Origin: a phage
DNA: 64,000 nt
Direction: 5' to 3' (one strand)
Sequence record: PV946933.1
This document shows positions 24,106 to 33,656 of the stretch, one piece after another. The first letter of the stretch is position 1. Each line of letters begins with the position of its first letter. The notes under the pieces are model-generated. The model ran no database searches. It was given only the letters and a program-made list of their open reading frames with translations, and was not told where the DNA came from. The position numbers and the translations under genes were made by a program.

Positions 24106-24121
24106 ATTAAGTGAGGAAAAT

Positions 24122-24472
24122 ATGAAAGGTAATGTTTATTTAGTAGTTCATGATTTAACATTCTATTTTAATCACAATGACACTGTTATTTCTGAACGTG
24201 TAATTAATTTACTTTATCAGCATGCAGATTATGTTTATGTCGAAAACGAATACGGTCATTGGCAATTTCTCAAAAATCGTTCATTTGGTTTAGATGGTTA
24301 CGAATACTTTGAACGTAAAGACCTTTTAGATAAAATTCCATTATCTACACAATATCAAAATCACAAGTCTTTATATAAATGCCGTCCAATTCGAAATGCT
24401 GAATCTGCGTATGAAGTAATTGATTTATGGCGTAAACGTCGTGGACAGGTTGATGCTTTAAAAGAATACTAA
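24122..24472 (+). CDS. Hypothetical protein
   Basis: ORF track 116 aa; GAGGAAAA RBS directly after tRNA-Arg. Confidence 0.5.
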   Translation: MKGNVYLVVHDLTFYFNHNDTVISERVINLLYQHADYVYVENEYGHWQFLKNRSFGLDGYEYFERKDLLDKIPLSTQYQNHKSLYKCRPIRNAESAYEVIDLWRKRRGQVDALKEY

Positions 24473-24570
24473 GAAACCGGGTCGCTATCGGTAAGTCGTC
24501 GGACTGATGTTCCCTGGAGTATAGTTTCTCCCACAGTTTTACTGTGTTCTGATTCTTTACTATCACAGCA

Positions 24571-24727
24571 GAAACGGCGCATCAAATTATCGATTCGAGG
24601 AAATATCTTTGCCGTAAGCCGAGTAGCGTTTTTGACGGAACGTTCGGATATGGTCGAGATATGGCCTTTTAAAAATATTAAGTAGCGTCAACTGCTTAAT
24701 AACCGGGTTCGAATCCCGGCGTTTCGT
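24571..24727 (+). ncRNA. Candidate stable structured RNA with tRNA-like 3' domain (possible analogue of T4 stable RNAs C/D); boundaries approximate
   Basis: About 380 nt without a credible ORF; T-arm-like CCGGGTTCGAATCCCGG followed by CGTTTCG able to pair with GAAACG about 150 nt upstream; several local hairpins; strong terminator follows. Confidence 0.25.
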
Positions 24728-24779
24728 ACAAACACTTGCCTTAGCAGGTGGAACCCCGACAAGGTTGCCGCAAGGCTTA

Positions 24780-24806
24780 GCCCCGACCGAAAGGTTGGGG
24801 CTTTTT
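24780..24806 (+). terminator. Rho-independent terminator (GCCCCGACC-GAAA-GGTTGGGGC + T5)
   Basis: GC-rich stem, GAAA loop and U-run; near-identical copy at 25338-25364. Confidence 0.6.
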
Positions 24807-24808
24807 AG

Positions 24809-24816
24809 TATAAATA
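24809..24816 (+). promoter_or_regulatory. Candidate late promoter TATAAATA upstream of internal-protein gene
   Basis: Exact TATAAATA about 40 nt upstream of ATG 24856. Confidence 0.4.
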
Positions 24817-24855
24817 TAGTAGTGTATTAAATCACGAATTAAAACAGGAAATAAG

Positions 24856-25329
24856 ATGAAATCATATGCTCAATTTTTAAATGAAGTGGTGTTAAATGAA
24901 GCATCCGCTTCAGATGTTCGCGCTGTAGCAACTGCTGCTATTAAAGCTGGTAAATATTCTTATAAAGATGCTTCTGACGAATCCCGGTACAAGTTCTACG
25001 ACGATATGAGAGCTGAAGGCTTTGTGGGTAACTATGTTACCACCGCCTGGAAAAGTCTGGTTGCTACTGGTGCGGCTTTCGAAAAACCTTCCGGTAAACC
25101 TGCTCCTAAAGCAGATCCTAAAGCTGCACAAGAAAAAAATATTGTTAAAGGAATTATCGCTAAATATGAAGCTATCCTTAAAGAGCTTTTAGTAATTAAA
25201 ACCGAAGGCCAAAAATTAGCCCGTGCCTATAGTTTCAAAGATAATCCACATGCTCATGACCTAGAGTATGTTGAAGATCTCCAAAAAATCATCAAAGACC
25301 GCATTTGGTCTGCTAAACAAATCAAATAA
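24856..25329 (+). CDS. Internal-protein-like protein with capsid-targeting leader
   Basis: ORF track 157 aa; N-terminus MKSYAQFLNE fits CTS pattern; flanked by repeated terminator hairpins. Confidence 0.65.
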   Translation: MKSYAQFLNEVVLNEASASDVRAVATAAIKAGKYSYKDASDESRYKFYDDMRAEGFVGNYVTTAWKSLVATGAAFEKPSGKPAPKADPKAAQEKNIVKGIIAKYEAILKELLVIKTEGQKLARAYSFKDNPHAHDLEYVEDLQKIIKDRIWSAKQIK

Positions 25330-25337
25330 CATTCTTA

Positions 25338-25364
25338 GCCTCGACCGAAAGGTTGGGGCTTTTT
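25338..25364 (+). terminator. Rho-independent terminator (GCCTCGACC-GAAA-GGTTGGGGC + T5)
   Basis: Near-identical repeat of the hairpin at 24780-24806. Confidence 0.6.
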
Positions 25365-25454
25365 AGTTTGAATCGCATAGAGAATGCTGTTACGGATAAT
25401 AACAAAGTAATAAATAATTAATAACTGACCGATAAATTATTTCAAGGATTTTAA

Positions 25455-26018
25455 ATGAAAACCTATGCCGAATTTTTAACCGAAGCAGCAAAATTACCAT
25501 CTGAAGCAGAACTTACTAAAGTATTCTTCCAATTGGACCCAAAAGACCGTGGCGATTTTCTTAAGTGGAAAGCTAAAGCTATTGAAATGTATAACATCGA
25601 TAATAGTTCTTTTACGATGAGTCAAGAAAATAAATTCAATAAAGCATTTTTCAAAATTTCTAAGAAATTAGCATCTGGCGCTCAGGTTCCTAAATCTGCA
25701 TTAGCTACTCCTGAACGTGCACCTGTTAAAATTTCTAAGAATATGTTCGACACTAAAAAATACGTTAATGCTTTGAATAAAGCTCTTGATGCATTGGATG
25801 ATGCAAAGAAGGCAGCCCGTGATCTTCAAGACGTGTACACCGATTTTGATCGTAAAACTAAAGGTTCTATTTCAAATAGCGAACGCAATAGTGTAAGTGT
25901 TTATTCTGATAGCCTTGATGTTCTTGGCGATGCGTATACTGAAATTAAAAATCGTATTAACACCGCATCTAAGCTAAAAGCTGCCGTAGAAGCTATAATA
26001 ACTAAACTAGGTAAATAA
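25455..26018 (+). CDS. Internal-protein-like protein with capsid-targeting leader
   Basis: ORF track 187 aa; N-terminus MKTYAEFLTE fits CTS pattern. Confidence 0.65.
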   Translation: MKTYAEFLTEAAKLPSEAELTKVFFQLDPKDRGDFLKWKAKAIEMYNIDNSSFTMSQENKFNKAFFKISKKLASGAQVPKSALATPERAPVKISKNMFDTKKYVNALNKALDALDDAKKAARDLQDVYTDFDRKTKGSISNSERNSVSVYSDSLDVLGDAYTEIKNRINTASKLKAAVEAIITKLGK

Positions 26019-26026
26019 TTTTAAAT

Positions 26027-26051
26027 CCCTATCTAAATGATAGGGCTTTTT
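26027..26051 (+). terminator. Rho-independent terminator (CCCTATC-TAAAT-GATAGGG + T5)
   Basis: 7-bp stem, 5-nt loop, followed by CTTTTT. Confidence 0.55.
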
Positions 26052-26185
26052 GATATCTAGGCCTTTCTGGACCTCTCTAAGAATCATTTAGTTTCTACCC
26101 TTTATAATATATTATCCTATCCTTTAATTGCCCCTCCCTGTCCTAGAATTCCCTAAAACTTTTTAAAAAATTTTTTCACAAAACT

Positions 26186-26215
26186 GTTTACATCCCCGTT
26201 CTTCCATGGTACTAT
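26186..26215 (+). promoter_or_regulatory. T4-type early promoter with conserved leader (shared with promoters at 40538 and 41977)
   Basis: TTTTCACAAAA-GTTTAC...TGGTACTATACAACTATCAACT conserved in three copies. Confidence 0.5.
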
Positions 26216-26259
26216 ACAACTATCAACTACTGATACAGAAAAACAACTTGGAGAATGAA

Positions 26260-26523
26260 ATGGATAATTACGGCGAACTGTTCAACTTCTTTATGAAATG
26301 CGTTTCAGAAGATTTCGGTCGTACAGTGAATGATATTAAAGTCATCGGTCCTGACCATCCGATGTTTGAAACTTACGCAGTAATGGGTAATGAAGACGGT
26401 CAGTGGTATACTGTAAAAGTTGTGATTAATATGTTCACTGCTGAAGGTTATGTTAAACTGTCTTCTAAAGTTTATCATGATAATGATGAAATCGCAGAAG
26501 AATATTTCAATAATATGAAATAA
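26260..26523 (+). CDS. Hypothetical protein
   Basis: ORF track frame 26206..26523; start moved downstream of the promoter -10 to ATG after GGAGAA RBS (MDNYGELF). Confidence 0.55.
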   Translation: MDNYGELFNFFMKCVSEDFGRTVNDIKVIGPDHPMFETYAVMGNEDGQWYTVKVVINMFTAEGYVKLSSKVYHDNDEIAEEYFNNMK

Positions 26524-26591
26524 TTGTGTACAAACACCAAGGACGGTGTTATTATAGACTTATCAAAACAAACACAGAAACGGAGAAATAA

Positions 26592-26768
26592 ATGACTACT
26601 TTAATTATTTGGTTCGACGAAAATGAAGAAACATACTGCGTGAACATTGATGAAAGTCCAATGCCTGACTTTGAATCTTCAGATAAGAAGTCGGTTATAT
26701 CTTGGGCTGAAGGTTATAAAGCAGCAAAAGGCGATGTTAAAATAGTTTATAAACTCTTTGAAATATAA
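26592..26768 (+). CDS. Small hypothetical protein (58 aa, below ORF-track cutoff)
   Basis: Hand-translated: MTTLIIWFDENEETYCVNIDESPMPDFESSDKK...; ACGGAGAAATAA RBS; coordinates +/-1. Confidence 0.35.
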   Translation: MTTLIIWFDENEETYCVNIDESPMPDFESSDKKSVISWAEGYKAAKGDVKIVYKLFEI

Positions 26769-26811
26769 TATTCTCACGGATTTTAAATCTTAATCAACCT
26801 AAGGAAATACT

Positions 26812-27405
26812 ATGAACACACTGAAGAAAATTGTTGAGTTTATTCGCACTAAACTTGGTTCTGCTATGGCTAAGAATCTATCTGTTGAAGAACAGTATAC
26901 TGCTGCAGCAGCAAAACTGCTTGATAAAATTAAAGACCTAAAAACTGCTTCTGTTAAATCTATTAATGAAGAAAAACGTATTCGTGAACTTGTTATCGAA
27001 AAGAATCGACAAGCCGAATCAAAAGAGCGTGAAATTCGTAAACTTCTTTCCGAAGGTCAAGATGTAACATTGCACGCTAAACTCGGTTTACTATATCGTC
27101 GAACAGCTGAGCAGTTGACTACTAAAGCTGATGGTTATGCTGAAATGCGAATTGAAATCGCCAAGAAAGTAGTTGAGTTAGATGATGCTCGCCAAGAACT
27201 TGCAGTTAAATTGGAATATATTCGTGAAACTCGTGCGGCAAATGCCCTTGGAATTAGTACTGCCGATGATGTAGTTGAAATTGCAGCATTGACTAAGGTT
27301 GATATTGAAGATACCCTTGCTCGAGTTGAAACCTTTAACGGTAATATTTCTGGGGTTGAAACCACTTCTGCCGATGTTCAGGAATACATTAATTCTCTGA
27401 AATAA
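26812..27405 (+). CDS. Hypothetical alpha-helical coiled-coil protein
   Basis: ORF track 197 aa; heptad-rich, charged. Confidence 0.55.
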   Translation: MNTLKKIVEFIRTKLGSAMAKNLSVEEQYTAAAAKLLDKIKDLKTASVKSINEEKRIRELVIEKNRQAESKEREIRKLLSEGQDVTLHAKLGLLYRRTAEQLTTKADGYAEMRIEIAKKVVELDDARQELAVKLEYIRETRAANALGISTADDVVEIAALTKVDIEDTLARVETFNGNISGVETTSADVQEYINSLK

Positions 27406-27410
27406 TGATA

Positions 27411-27426
27411 AGGGGCTTCGGCCCCT
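27411..27426 (+). other. C(UUCG)G tetraloop hairpin AGGGGC-TTCG-GCCCCT
   Basis: Perfect GC stem with UUCG tetraloop just after stop codon; no U-run. Confidence 0.5.
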
Positions 27427-27445
27427 ATTACTGGAGTAAATAGGA

Positions 27446-28054
27446 ATGAGAATGCAAAATGATTTCAATTCAATGTTTGAAGAGTTCCAAAGACAGGTTG
27501 ATGTTCCAGACCAATTACTAAATGCTCTTAAACGTATGGCAGAAGGACGTAATTATTATTGGGGTTCTTCATATGAAACTGATGAAAGTCTTTCTGGAAG
27601 ATTTTCCAGAGGTAAAAAGTCTTTAATACGTCCTGGAATACTTATTAACAGTATTGAATCAATTCATTCATTGACGTGTGATTTTGATGTTGAATTTACT
27701 GATTTCATTTCTCCTGAATGGACAGTTTGTTATTTAAACGACGATTTTGATTATCTCGGTGTTTATAGTTTAAGTGACGCATGGTTTAAACGTAACTTAC
27801 AAAAGTCAAATTTATTCTATATTGATACTACAGTAAAATTTCAGGGAAAGAAATATTTCTTTACTCTTATAGTTGATTCTGAAACGAAGCATGAAAATAA
27901 ACGTATTCTTAGTAAAAGAAATATCTTGAATATTGTTGATGATCTTTTTGATAAATTAGTGGAAAATCCTAATTTTGAAAGTGATTTATTACTAGAAAAA
28001 TTTGTTAAGGAATGTAGAGAATATGTCAAAGCCATCACTATACCTTCCAAATAA
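27446..28054 (+). CDS. Hypothetical protein
   Basis: ORF track 202 aa. Confidence 0.55.
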   Translation: MRMQNDFNSMFEEFQRQVDVPDQLLNALKRMAEGRNYYWGSSYETDESLSGRFSRGKKSLIRPGILINSIESIHSLTCDFDVEFTDFISPEWTVCYLNDDFDYLGVYSLSDAWFKRNLQKSNLFYIDTTVKFQGKKYFFTLIVDSETKHENKRILSKRNILNIVDDLFDKLVENPNFESDLLLEKFVKECREYVKAITIPSK

Positions 28055-28415
28055 ACCTTTGAAGTATGAATTAAAGCGCCAGCTAATTCCTACTGATGTA
28101 TTAATAGGTCCTGTTATACTCATATCATTTGTAATTCTATTGATTATTGGAGGTGTTTTAGATGTTATGACTGATATTGATTCTGGCGAAATACTTGTGT
28201 TAATGCTAATTCTTCCATTAATAGTTCCACTTTTATTAGTACCTGTAAATTGGGTAGGATACTGGTATCAAGGAAGGCATTATCGTAAACGCGTACGCGA
28301 TTGGAAAGCACAGTGTAAAAAGATTAAAAAGGAACATCAGCTTAAACTTGCTGCGTATGAATTTAATGAAATTATGAAATTTGTTAAGGAATCACGATGC
28401 AAAAGCCAAAATTAA
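28023..28415 (+). CDS. Hypothetical membrane protein (start uncertain)
   Basis: ORF track frame 28002..28415; internal ATG chosen; hydrophobic TM segments (LIGPVILISFVILLIIGGVL). Confidence 0.4.
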   Translation: MSKPSLYLPNKPLKYELKRQLIPTDVLIGPVILISFVILLIIGGVLDVMTDIDSGEILVLMLILPLIVPLLLVPVNWVGYWYQGRHYRKRVRDWKAQCKKIKKEHQLKLAAYEFNEIMKFVKESRCKSQN

Positions 28416-28755
28416 ATAAAGTCAAATATTCGTTTTCTGAGTCATTTTTAATTTTTGCTGTGGCGTTGGCTGCAGCTCTTGCGGGTAGTCTTTTTGGATT
28501 GTTAATTGACTGTCTTATTTTAAACATCGACGGCACAGTAAATATAACAGAAGTTTGGAGTGAGCTTTGTTATACTAAAATTATTTCATTATTTTCATTC
28601 TTTGGTATCATTTTATATTTTCATTATGATAACTTTAAAATAAATTGGCAAAGAAAAAAGGATTACAAAATACAATTAAAAGAATATAATAGCTACATTT
28701 CTTATATTGAAAATGAAGCAATGAAAGAGTTTGTGAGTGATTGCAGGAAATTAAA

Positions 28756-28759
<4 letters not shown>
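28397..28759 (+). CDS. Hypothetical membrane protein
   Basis: ORF track 120 aa; predicted TM helices. Confidence 0.45.
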
Positions 28760-29728
<969 letters not shown>

Positions 29729-29732
29729 AGTT

Positions 29733-29762
29733 GTTTACTTTCTCCTAGAACTGTGATAGTAT
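29733..29762 (+). promoter_or_regulatory. T4-type early promoter
   Basis: GTTTAC, 18 nt, TAGTAT upstream of ATG 29800. Confidence 0.45.
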
Positions 29763-29799
29763 ATTCATAGTTACTAATTAAAATATTTAAAGGAACCAT

Positions 29800-30117
29800 A
29801 TGAAAACGTTTAAAGAATTTATTGCAGAATCTGCCCAAGGACAACGTGTAGAAGGCGGTTATATCTGGATTGAACAAGTTGAGCCGCCAAGTCGCACTTC
29901 TACAGGTAAATGGAAAATCACTGTTGATGGTCCTGGTGGTAAACGTAGGACTCTTAAAGAAATTAACGGGTACTATGAAGAAGCTCTTTCTGACGCGGGT
30001 ACTTATATGATGCAAATCATGATTAAAAACCCAGAAAATCGTTTTGCGGCTAGAGTTTTCCGCCGTATTGGAAATAAGCTTTATGATGCATATTCTAAAA
30101 ACTTCCCTAAAGAATAA
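29800..30117 (+). CDS. Internal-protein-like protein with capsid-targeting leader
   Basis: ORF track 105 aa; N-terminus MKTFKEFIAE. Confidence 0.65.
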   Translation: MKTFKEFIAESAQGQRVEGGYIWIEQVEPPSRTSTGKWKITVDGPGGKRRTLKEINGYYEEALSDAGTYMMQIMIKNPENRFAARVFRRIGNKLYDAYSKNFPKE

Positions 30118-30132
30118 AAATAAAGGAAATAC

Positions 30133-30711
30133 ATGAAAACCTATAAAGAATTTATCGCTGAAGCTTCTGTAGTAAAGGCCAAAGGCATTAATAAAGATGA
30201 GTGGACTTATCGTGGCGGAAACGGCTTTGACCCTAAAACTGCTCCACTTGAACGATATCTAGCCACAAAAGCTTCTGATTTTAAAGCCTTCGCCTGGGAA
30301 GGACTTCGCTGGCGTAACGATCTAAATATTGAAGTTGACGGACTTAAATTTGCTCATATTGAAGATGTTGTTGCTAGTAACTTAGACGCAGCTTTTGTTA
30401 AAGCCGACAGTGATCTTCGTCGCTGGAATTTAAAACTGTTCTCTAAACAAAAAGGCCCGAAGTTTGTGCCTAAAGCCGGTAAATGGGTCATTGATAATAA
30501 ATTAGCTAAGGCTGTCAACTACGCTGGTCTTGAATTCGCCAAGCACAAATCATCATGGAAAGGTCTTGATGCAATGGCTTTCCGTAAAGAATTTGCCGAT
30601 GTTATGGCTAAAGGCGGCTTTAAGGCAGAAATAGATACCTCTAAAGGTACGTTTAAGGACGCTAATGTTCAGTACGCTTATGCCGTTGCTAATGCAGCCC
30701 GTGGTAATTAA
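30133..30711 (+). CDS. Internal protein III-like protein with capsid-targeting leader
   Basis: ORF track 192 aa; N-terminus MKTYKEFIAE; size and position (next to e) as T4 ipIII. Confidence 0.65.
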   Translation: MKTYKEFIAEASVVKAKGINKDEWTYRGGNGFDPKTAPLERYLATKASDFKAFAWEGLRWRNDLNIEVDGLKFAHIEDVVASNLDAAFVKADSDLRRWNLKLFSKQKGPKFVPKAGKWVIDNKLAKAVNYAGLEFAKHKSSWKGLDAMAFRKEFADVMAKGGFKAEIDTSKGTFKDANVQYAYAVANAARGN

Positions 30712-30713
30712 TA

Positions 30714-30731
30714 AGGCCTATACTTAGGCCT
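30714..30731 (+). terminator. Hairpin AGGCCTA-TACT-TAGGCCT after IPIII-like gene
   Basis: 7-bp perfect stem directly after stop codon, followed by ATTT. Confidence 0.4.
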
Positions 30732-30752
30732 ATTTACATTTAAAGGAAACAT

Positions 30753-31055
30753 ATGAAAACATTTAAAGAATTTATCACTGAAGCAAAAGCCCCGAAGGTT
30801 TTTCAAATTTGTTCACAAGGAAATTTAGACAAAGAATACGTTGACGCCATCGTAGCAAGCATTGTCAACCAAGGCGTGCAAGTAGATGCAGTTGAATTTA
30901 CCAAAGGCCCTACCTTTAATATCGTTGTATCTAAGGGTTCTTTGGCTAAAATTAAAAAGGCCTGGGGTGTTATGAGAGCTTACCAAGTAGATGATTCTGC
31001 TCCCGGGCCGAAAGTACGAATGAATACCCTTAAGGGAGGCCGTGAATACGTTTAG
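30753..31055 (+). CDS. Internal protein II-like protein with capsid-targeting leader
   Basis: ORF track 100 aa; N-terminus MKTFKEFITE; paralogue of 21943..22251. Confidence 0.65.
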   Translation: MKTFKEFITEAKAPKVFQICSQGNLDKEYVDAIVASIVNQGVQVDAVEFTKGPTFNIVVSKGSLAKIKKAWGVMRAYQVDDSAPGPKVRMNTLKGGREYV

Positions 31056-31133
31056 GCCTATTGTCTATACTTATTAGAATATTATACGGACTACCATGTG
31101 CCACGGAATGGCCCAACCTAAAAGAGAAACTAA

Positions 31134-31673
31134 ATGAGAACATTTTTAACTGGTCCTTATCTATCCCTGATGAATGCTTTTACACACCATTCTGATGCTA
31201 GAGTAGAAGAAATTTGTAAAAACGATTATATCCCACCATTTGAAGACTTACTCAAACAGTATTGCACACTTCGACTAGATGGTGGACGTCAATCCGGTAA
31301 ATCAACTGCAATAACTAATTTTGCCGCTAATTGGTTATATGATGGTGGAACAGTTATTGTTCTTTCTAATACTTCAGCTTACGCTAAAATTTCTGCGGGC
31401 CACATTAAAAAAGAGTTTTCTCGTTATTCTAGCGATGATATTCGATTCCGCTTATTTACCGATTCTGTCCGTAGTTTTATCGGTAATAAAGGAAGCAAGT
31501 TCAGAGGTTTATCGCTTTCGCGGATTTTGTATATAATCGATGAGCCTGTTAAATCTCCTGATATGGATAAAATTTACGATATTCATATTGAAACTGTGCA
31601 CCACTGTTGCAATAGTAAATGCTGCATTGGTGGTATTACTCGTCCACAGTTTTTCATAATCGGAATGCAATGA
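31134..31673 (+). CDS. Hypothetical P-loop NTPase
   Basis: ORF track 179 aa; Walker A GGRQSGKST and Walker B-like ILYIIDEP. Confidence 0.5.
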   Translation: MRTFLTGPYLSLMNAFTHHSDARVEEICKNDYIPPFEDLLKQYCTLRLDGGRQSGKSTAITNFAANWLYDGGTVIVLSNTSAYAKISAGHIKKEFSRYSSDDIRFRLFTDSVRSFIGNKGSKFRGLSLSRILYIIDEPVKSPDMDKIYDIHIETVHHCCNSKCCIGGITRPQFFIIGMQ

Positions 31674-31999
31674 TGACAGACACGCAACTTTTCGAATATC
31701 TTTATTTTTCGCCAAAAACTATTAAAAATAAATTGGTGAATCATTTTGAAATTTTGGCAAATAACAACGTCTTGAGCGAATTTTATCCTAAGCAATACAA
31801 ATTACAAAAAGGCGTATTCAAAGGATGCAGAGTTTTGTGCACTGCTCCTAATGCAAGATTAATGAATAAAATTCCATATTTTACCATGGAATTTATTGAT
31901 GGACCTTTTAAAGGACTAATCACCCAAAGTTTAATGGCATATGATTCTGAGCCATTTTTAATTAAAGAGCAATCTTGGATAAATTTATTTTCTAATTGA
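31670..31999 (+). CDS. Hypothetical protein
   Basis: ORF track frame 31619..31999; start at ATG overlapping upstream stop (ATGATG). Confidence 0.45.
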   Translation: MMTDTQLFEYLYFSPKTIKNKLVNHFEILANNNVLSEFYPKQYKLQKGVFKGCRVLCTAPNARLMNKIPYFTMEFIDGPFKGLITQSLMAYDSEPFLIKEQSWINLFSN

Positions 32000-32007
32000 G
32001 AGGTTAT

Positions 32008-32370
32008 ATGAAAGCATATCAAATTCTTGAAGGCACGCATAAAGGTACTATTTATTTTGAAGATGGTATTCAAGCACGAATTATTGTCTCTAAAACTTTT
32101 AAAGAGGACTCTTTTGTAGACCCAGAAATTTTCTATGGTTTGCATGCCCGTGAAATTGAAATTGAAACACAGCCTACAGTTAAAATTGAGGGTGGTCAAC
32201 ACCTGAACGTAAACGTTCTGCGTCGTGAAACTCTGGAAGATGCAGTTAAGCATCCGGAAAAATATCCGCAGCTGACCATCCGTGTATCCGGTTATGCAGT
32301 TCGCTTTAACTCTCTGACTCCGGAACAGCAGCGCGACGTTATCGCTCGTACCTTTACTGAGAGTTTGTAA
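32008..32370 (+). CDS. Autonomous glycyl-radical cofactor protein (GrcA/YfiD-like)
   Basis: C-terminal [60 protein letters not shown] matches the E. coli GrcA glycyl-radical domain; start at MKAYQ after GAGAGG RBS. Confidence 0.8.
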   Translation: MKAYQILEGTHKGTIYFEDGIQARIIVSKTFKEDSFVDPEIFYGLHAREIEIETQPTVKIEGGQHLNVNVLRRETLEDAVKHPEKYPQLTIRVSGYAVRFNSLTPEQQRDVIARTFTESL

Positions 32371-32591
32371 TGGCAAAGATAATTATTGAAGGTTCTGAAG
32401 ATGTGCTAAATGCTTTCGCCGAGTGGTTTAGTAATTCAGGCGAACAGCAATTTAATGAAGCGTGGAACATGGGTGATATTAATGGAATTTATCCTACGAC
32501 AGAAATTTCTGTTCAAGGATATGGCATTCATGAACCTATTCGTTTAGTTGAATATGATTTGGGAACAGGTGAGGAAGTAAAATATGATTGA
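32370..32591 (+). CDS. Hypothetical protein
   Basis: ORF track 73 aa; acidic. Confidence 0.45.
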   Translation: MAKIIIEGSEDVLNAFAEWFSNSGEQQFNEAWNMGDINGIYPTTEISVQGYGIHEPIRLVEYDLGTGEEVKYD

Positions 32592-32850
32592 AGACATTAA
32601 AGGCTATAAGCCACATACTGACGATAAAATCAGTAAAGTGAATGCTATCAAAGATGCTGAAGTTCGTTTAGGACTTATCTTTGATGCTTTATATGATGAA
32701 TTCTGGGAAGCGCTAGATAATTGTGAAGACTGTGAATTCGCGAAGAATTATGCTGAAAGTCTCGATCAGTTAACTATTGCTAAAACGAAACTCAAAGAAG
32801 CCAGTATGTGGGCTTGTCGTGCTGTGTTCCAACCAGAGGAAAAATATTAA
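32584..32850 (+). CDS. Hypothetical protein
   Basis: ORF track 88 aa. Confidence 0.45.
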   Translation: MIEDIKGYKPHTDDKISKVNAIKDAEVRLGLIFDALYDEFWEALDNCEDCEFAKNYAESLDQLTIAKTKLKEASMWACRAVFQPEEKY

Positions 32851-33128
32851 TGGCTCAATTAAGCGCAGGGTTTGGTTATGAGTATTATACTGCCCCTCGT
32901 CGTGTATCTGTTGCTCCTAAGAAAATTCAAAGTCTTGATGACTTCCAGGAAGTAGTTCGTAACGCTTTCCAGGACTATGCACGTTATCTTAAAGAAGATT
33001 CACAGGACTGTCTCGAAGAAGATGAAATTGCTTACTATGAGCAGCGTCTTGAACAGCTTAAAAACCTACATGAGGTTCGTGCAGAAGTTACAAAGTCTAT
33101 GAATAAATTGATTAGATTTAAAGAATAA
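32850..33128 (+). CDS. Hypothetical protein
   Basis: ORF track frame 32808..33128; start moved to ATG after GAGGAAAA RBS (MAQLSAGF). Confidence 0.45.
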   Translation: MAQLSAGFGYEYYTAPRRVSVAPKKIQSLDDFQEVVRNAFQDYARYLKEDSQDCLEEDEIAYYEQRLEQLKNLHEVRAEVTKSMNKLIRFKE

Positions 33129-33130
33129 CT

Positions 33131-33160
33131 GTTTACTTTTCCTCTTGACTGTGGTATAAT
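33131..33160 (+). promoter_or_regulatory. T4-type early promoter (GTTTAC, 18 nt, TATAAT)
   Basis: Consensus -35/-10; CCTCTTGACT/AGTTAAGAGG inverted repeat brackets the -10. Confidence 0.5.
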
Positions 33161-33187
33161 TTTTCTATCAGTTAAGAGGAGAATAAC

Positions 33188-33649
33188 ATGACTATCAACA
33201 CAGAAGTTTTTATCCGTCGAAATAAACTCCGTCGTCACTTTGAGTCGGAGTTTCGTCAAATTAACAATGAGATTCGTGAGGCATCAAAAGCAGCAGGAGT
33301 CTCATCGTTTCATCTAAAATATTCTCAACATCTTCTTGATCGTGCAATTCAACGGGAGATTGATGAGACATATGTTTTTGAATTATTCCATAAAATAAAA
33401 GACCATGTTTTAGAAGTTAATGAATTCCTGAGTATGCCTCCACGCCCTGACATTGACGAGGATTTTATTGATGGGGTTGAATATCGTCCTGGGCGTTTAG
33501 AAATCACTGATGGAAATCTTTGGCTTGGATTTACAGTTTGTAAACCTAATGCGAAGTTCAAAGACCCGTCACTTCAGTGCAGGATGGCAATTATCAACAG
33601 TCGTCGTTTACCAGGAAAGGCTTCTAAAGCAGTAATTAAAACTCAATGA
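33188..33649 (+). CDS. regB: Probable RegB-like site-specific endoribonuclease
   Basis: ORF track 153 aa (same length as T4 RegB); position upstream of tk; assignment from memory and synteny. Confidence 0.55.
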   Translation: MTINTEVFIRRNKLRRHFESEFRQINNEIREASKAAGVSSFHLKYSQHLLDRAIQREIDETYVFELFHKIKDHVLEVNEFLSMPPRPDIDEDFIDGVEYRPGRLEITDGNLWLGFTVCKPNAKFKDPSLQCRMAIINSRRLPGKASKAVIKTQ

Positions 33650-33656
33650 GGTAAGC

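Noticed and set aside
24571-24727. Reading the T-arm-like element as an eleventh canonical tRNA
   Set aside because: The acceptor pairing partner lies about 150 nt upstream, far too long for a tRNA, and no anticodon arm could be placed; kept only as a candidate structured RNA.
26812-27405. Coiled-coil protein as a PspA/ESCRT-III-like membrane-remodelling protein
   Set aside because: Only general heptad character is shared; no convincing alignment to PspA could be made by eye.
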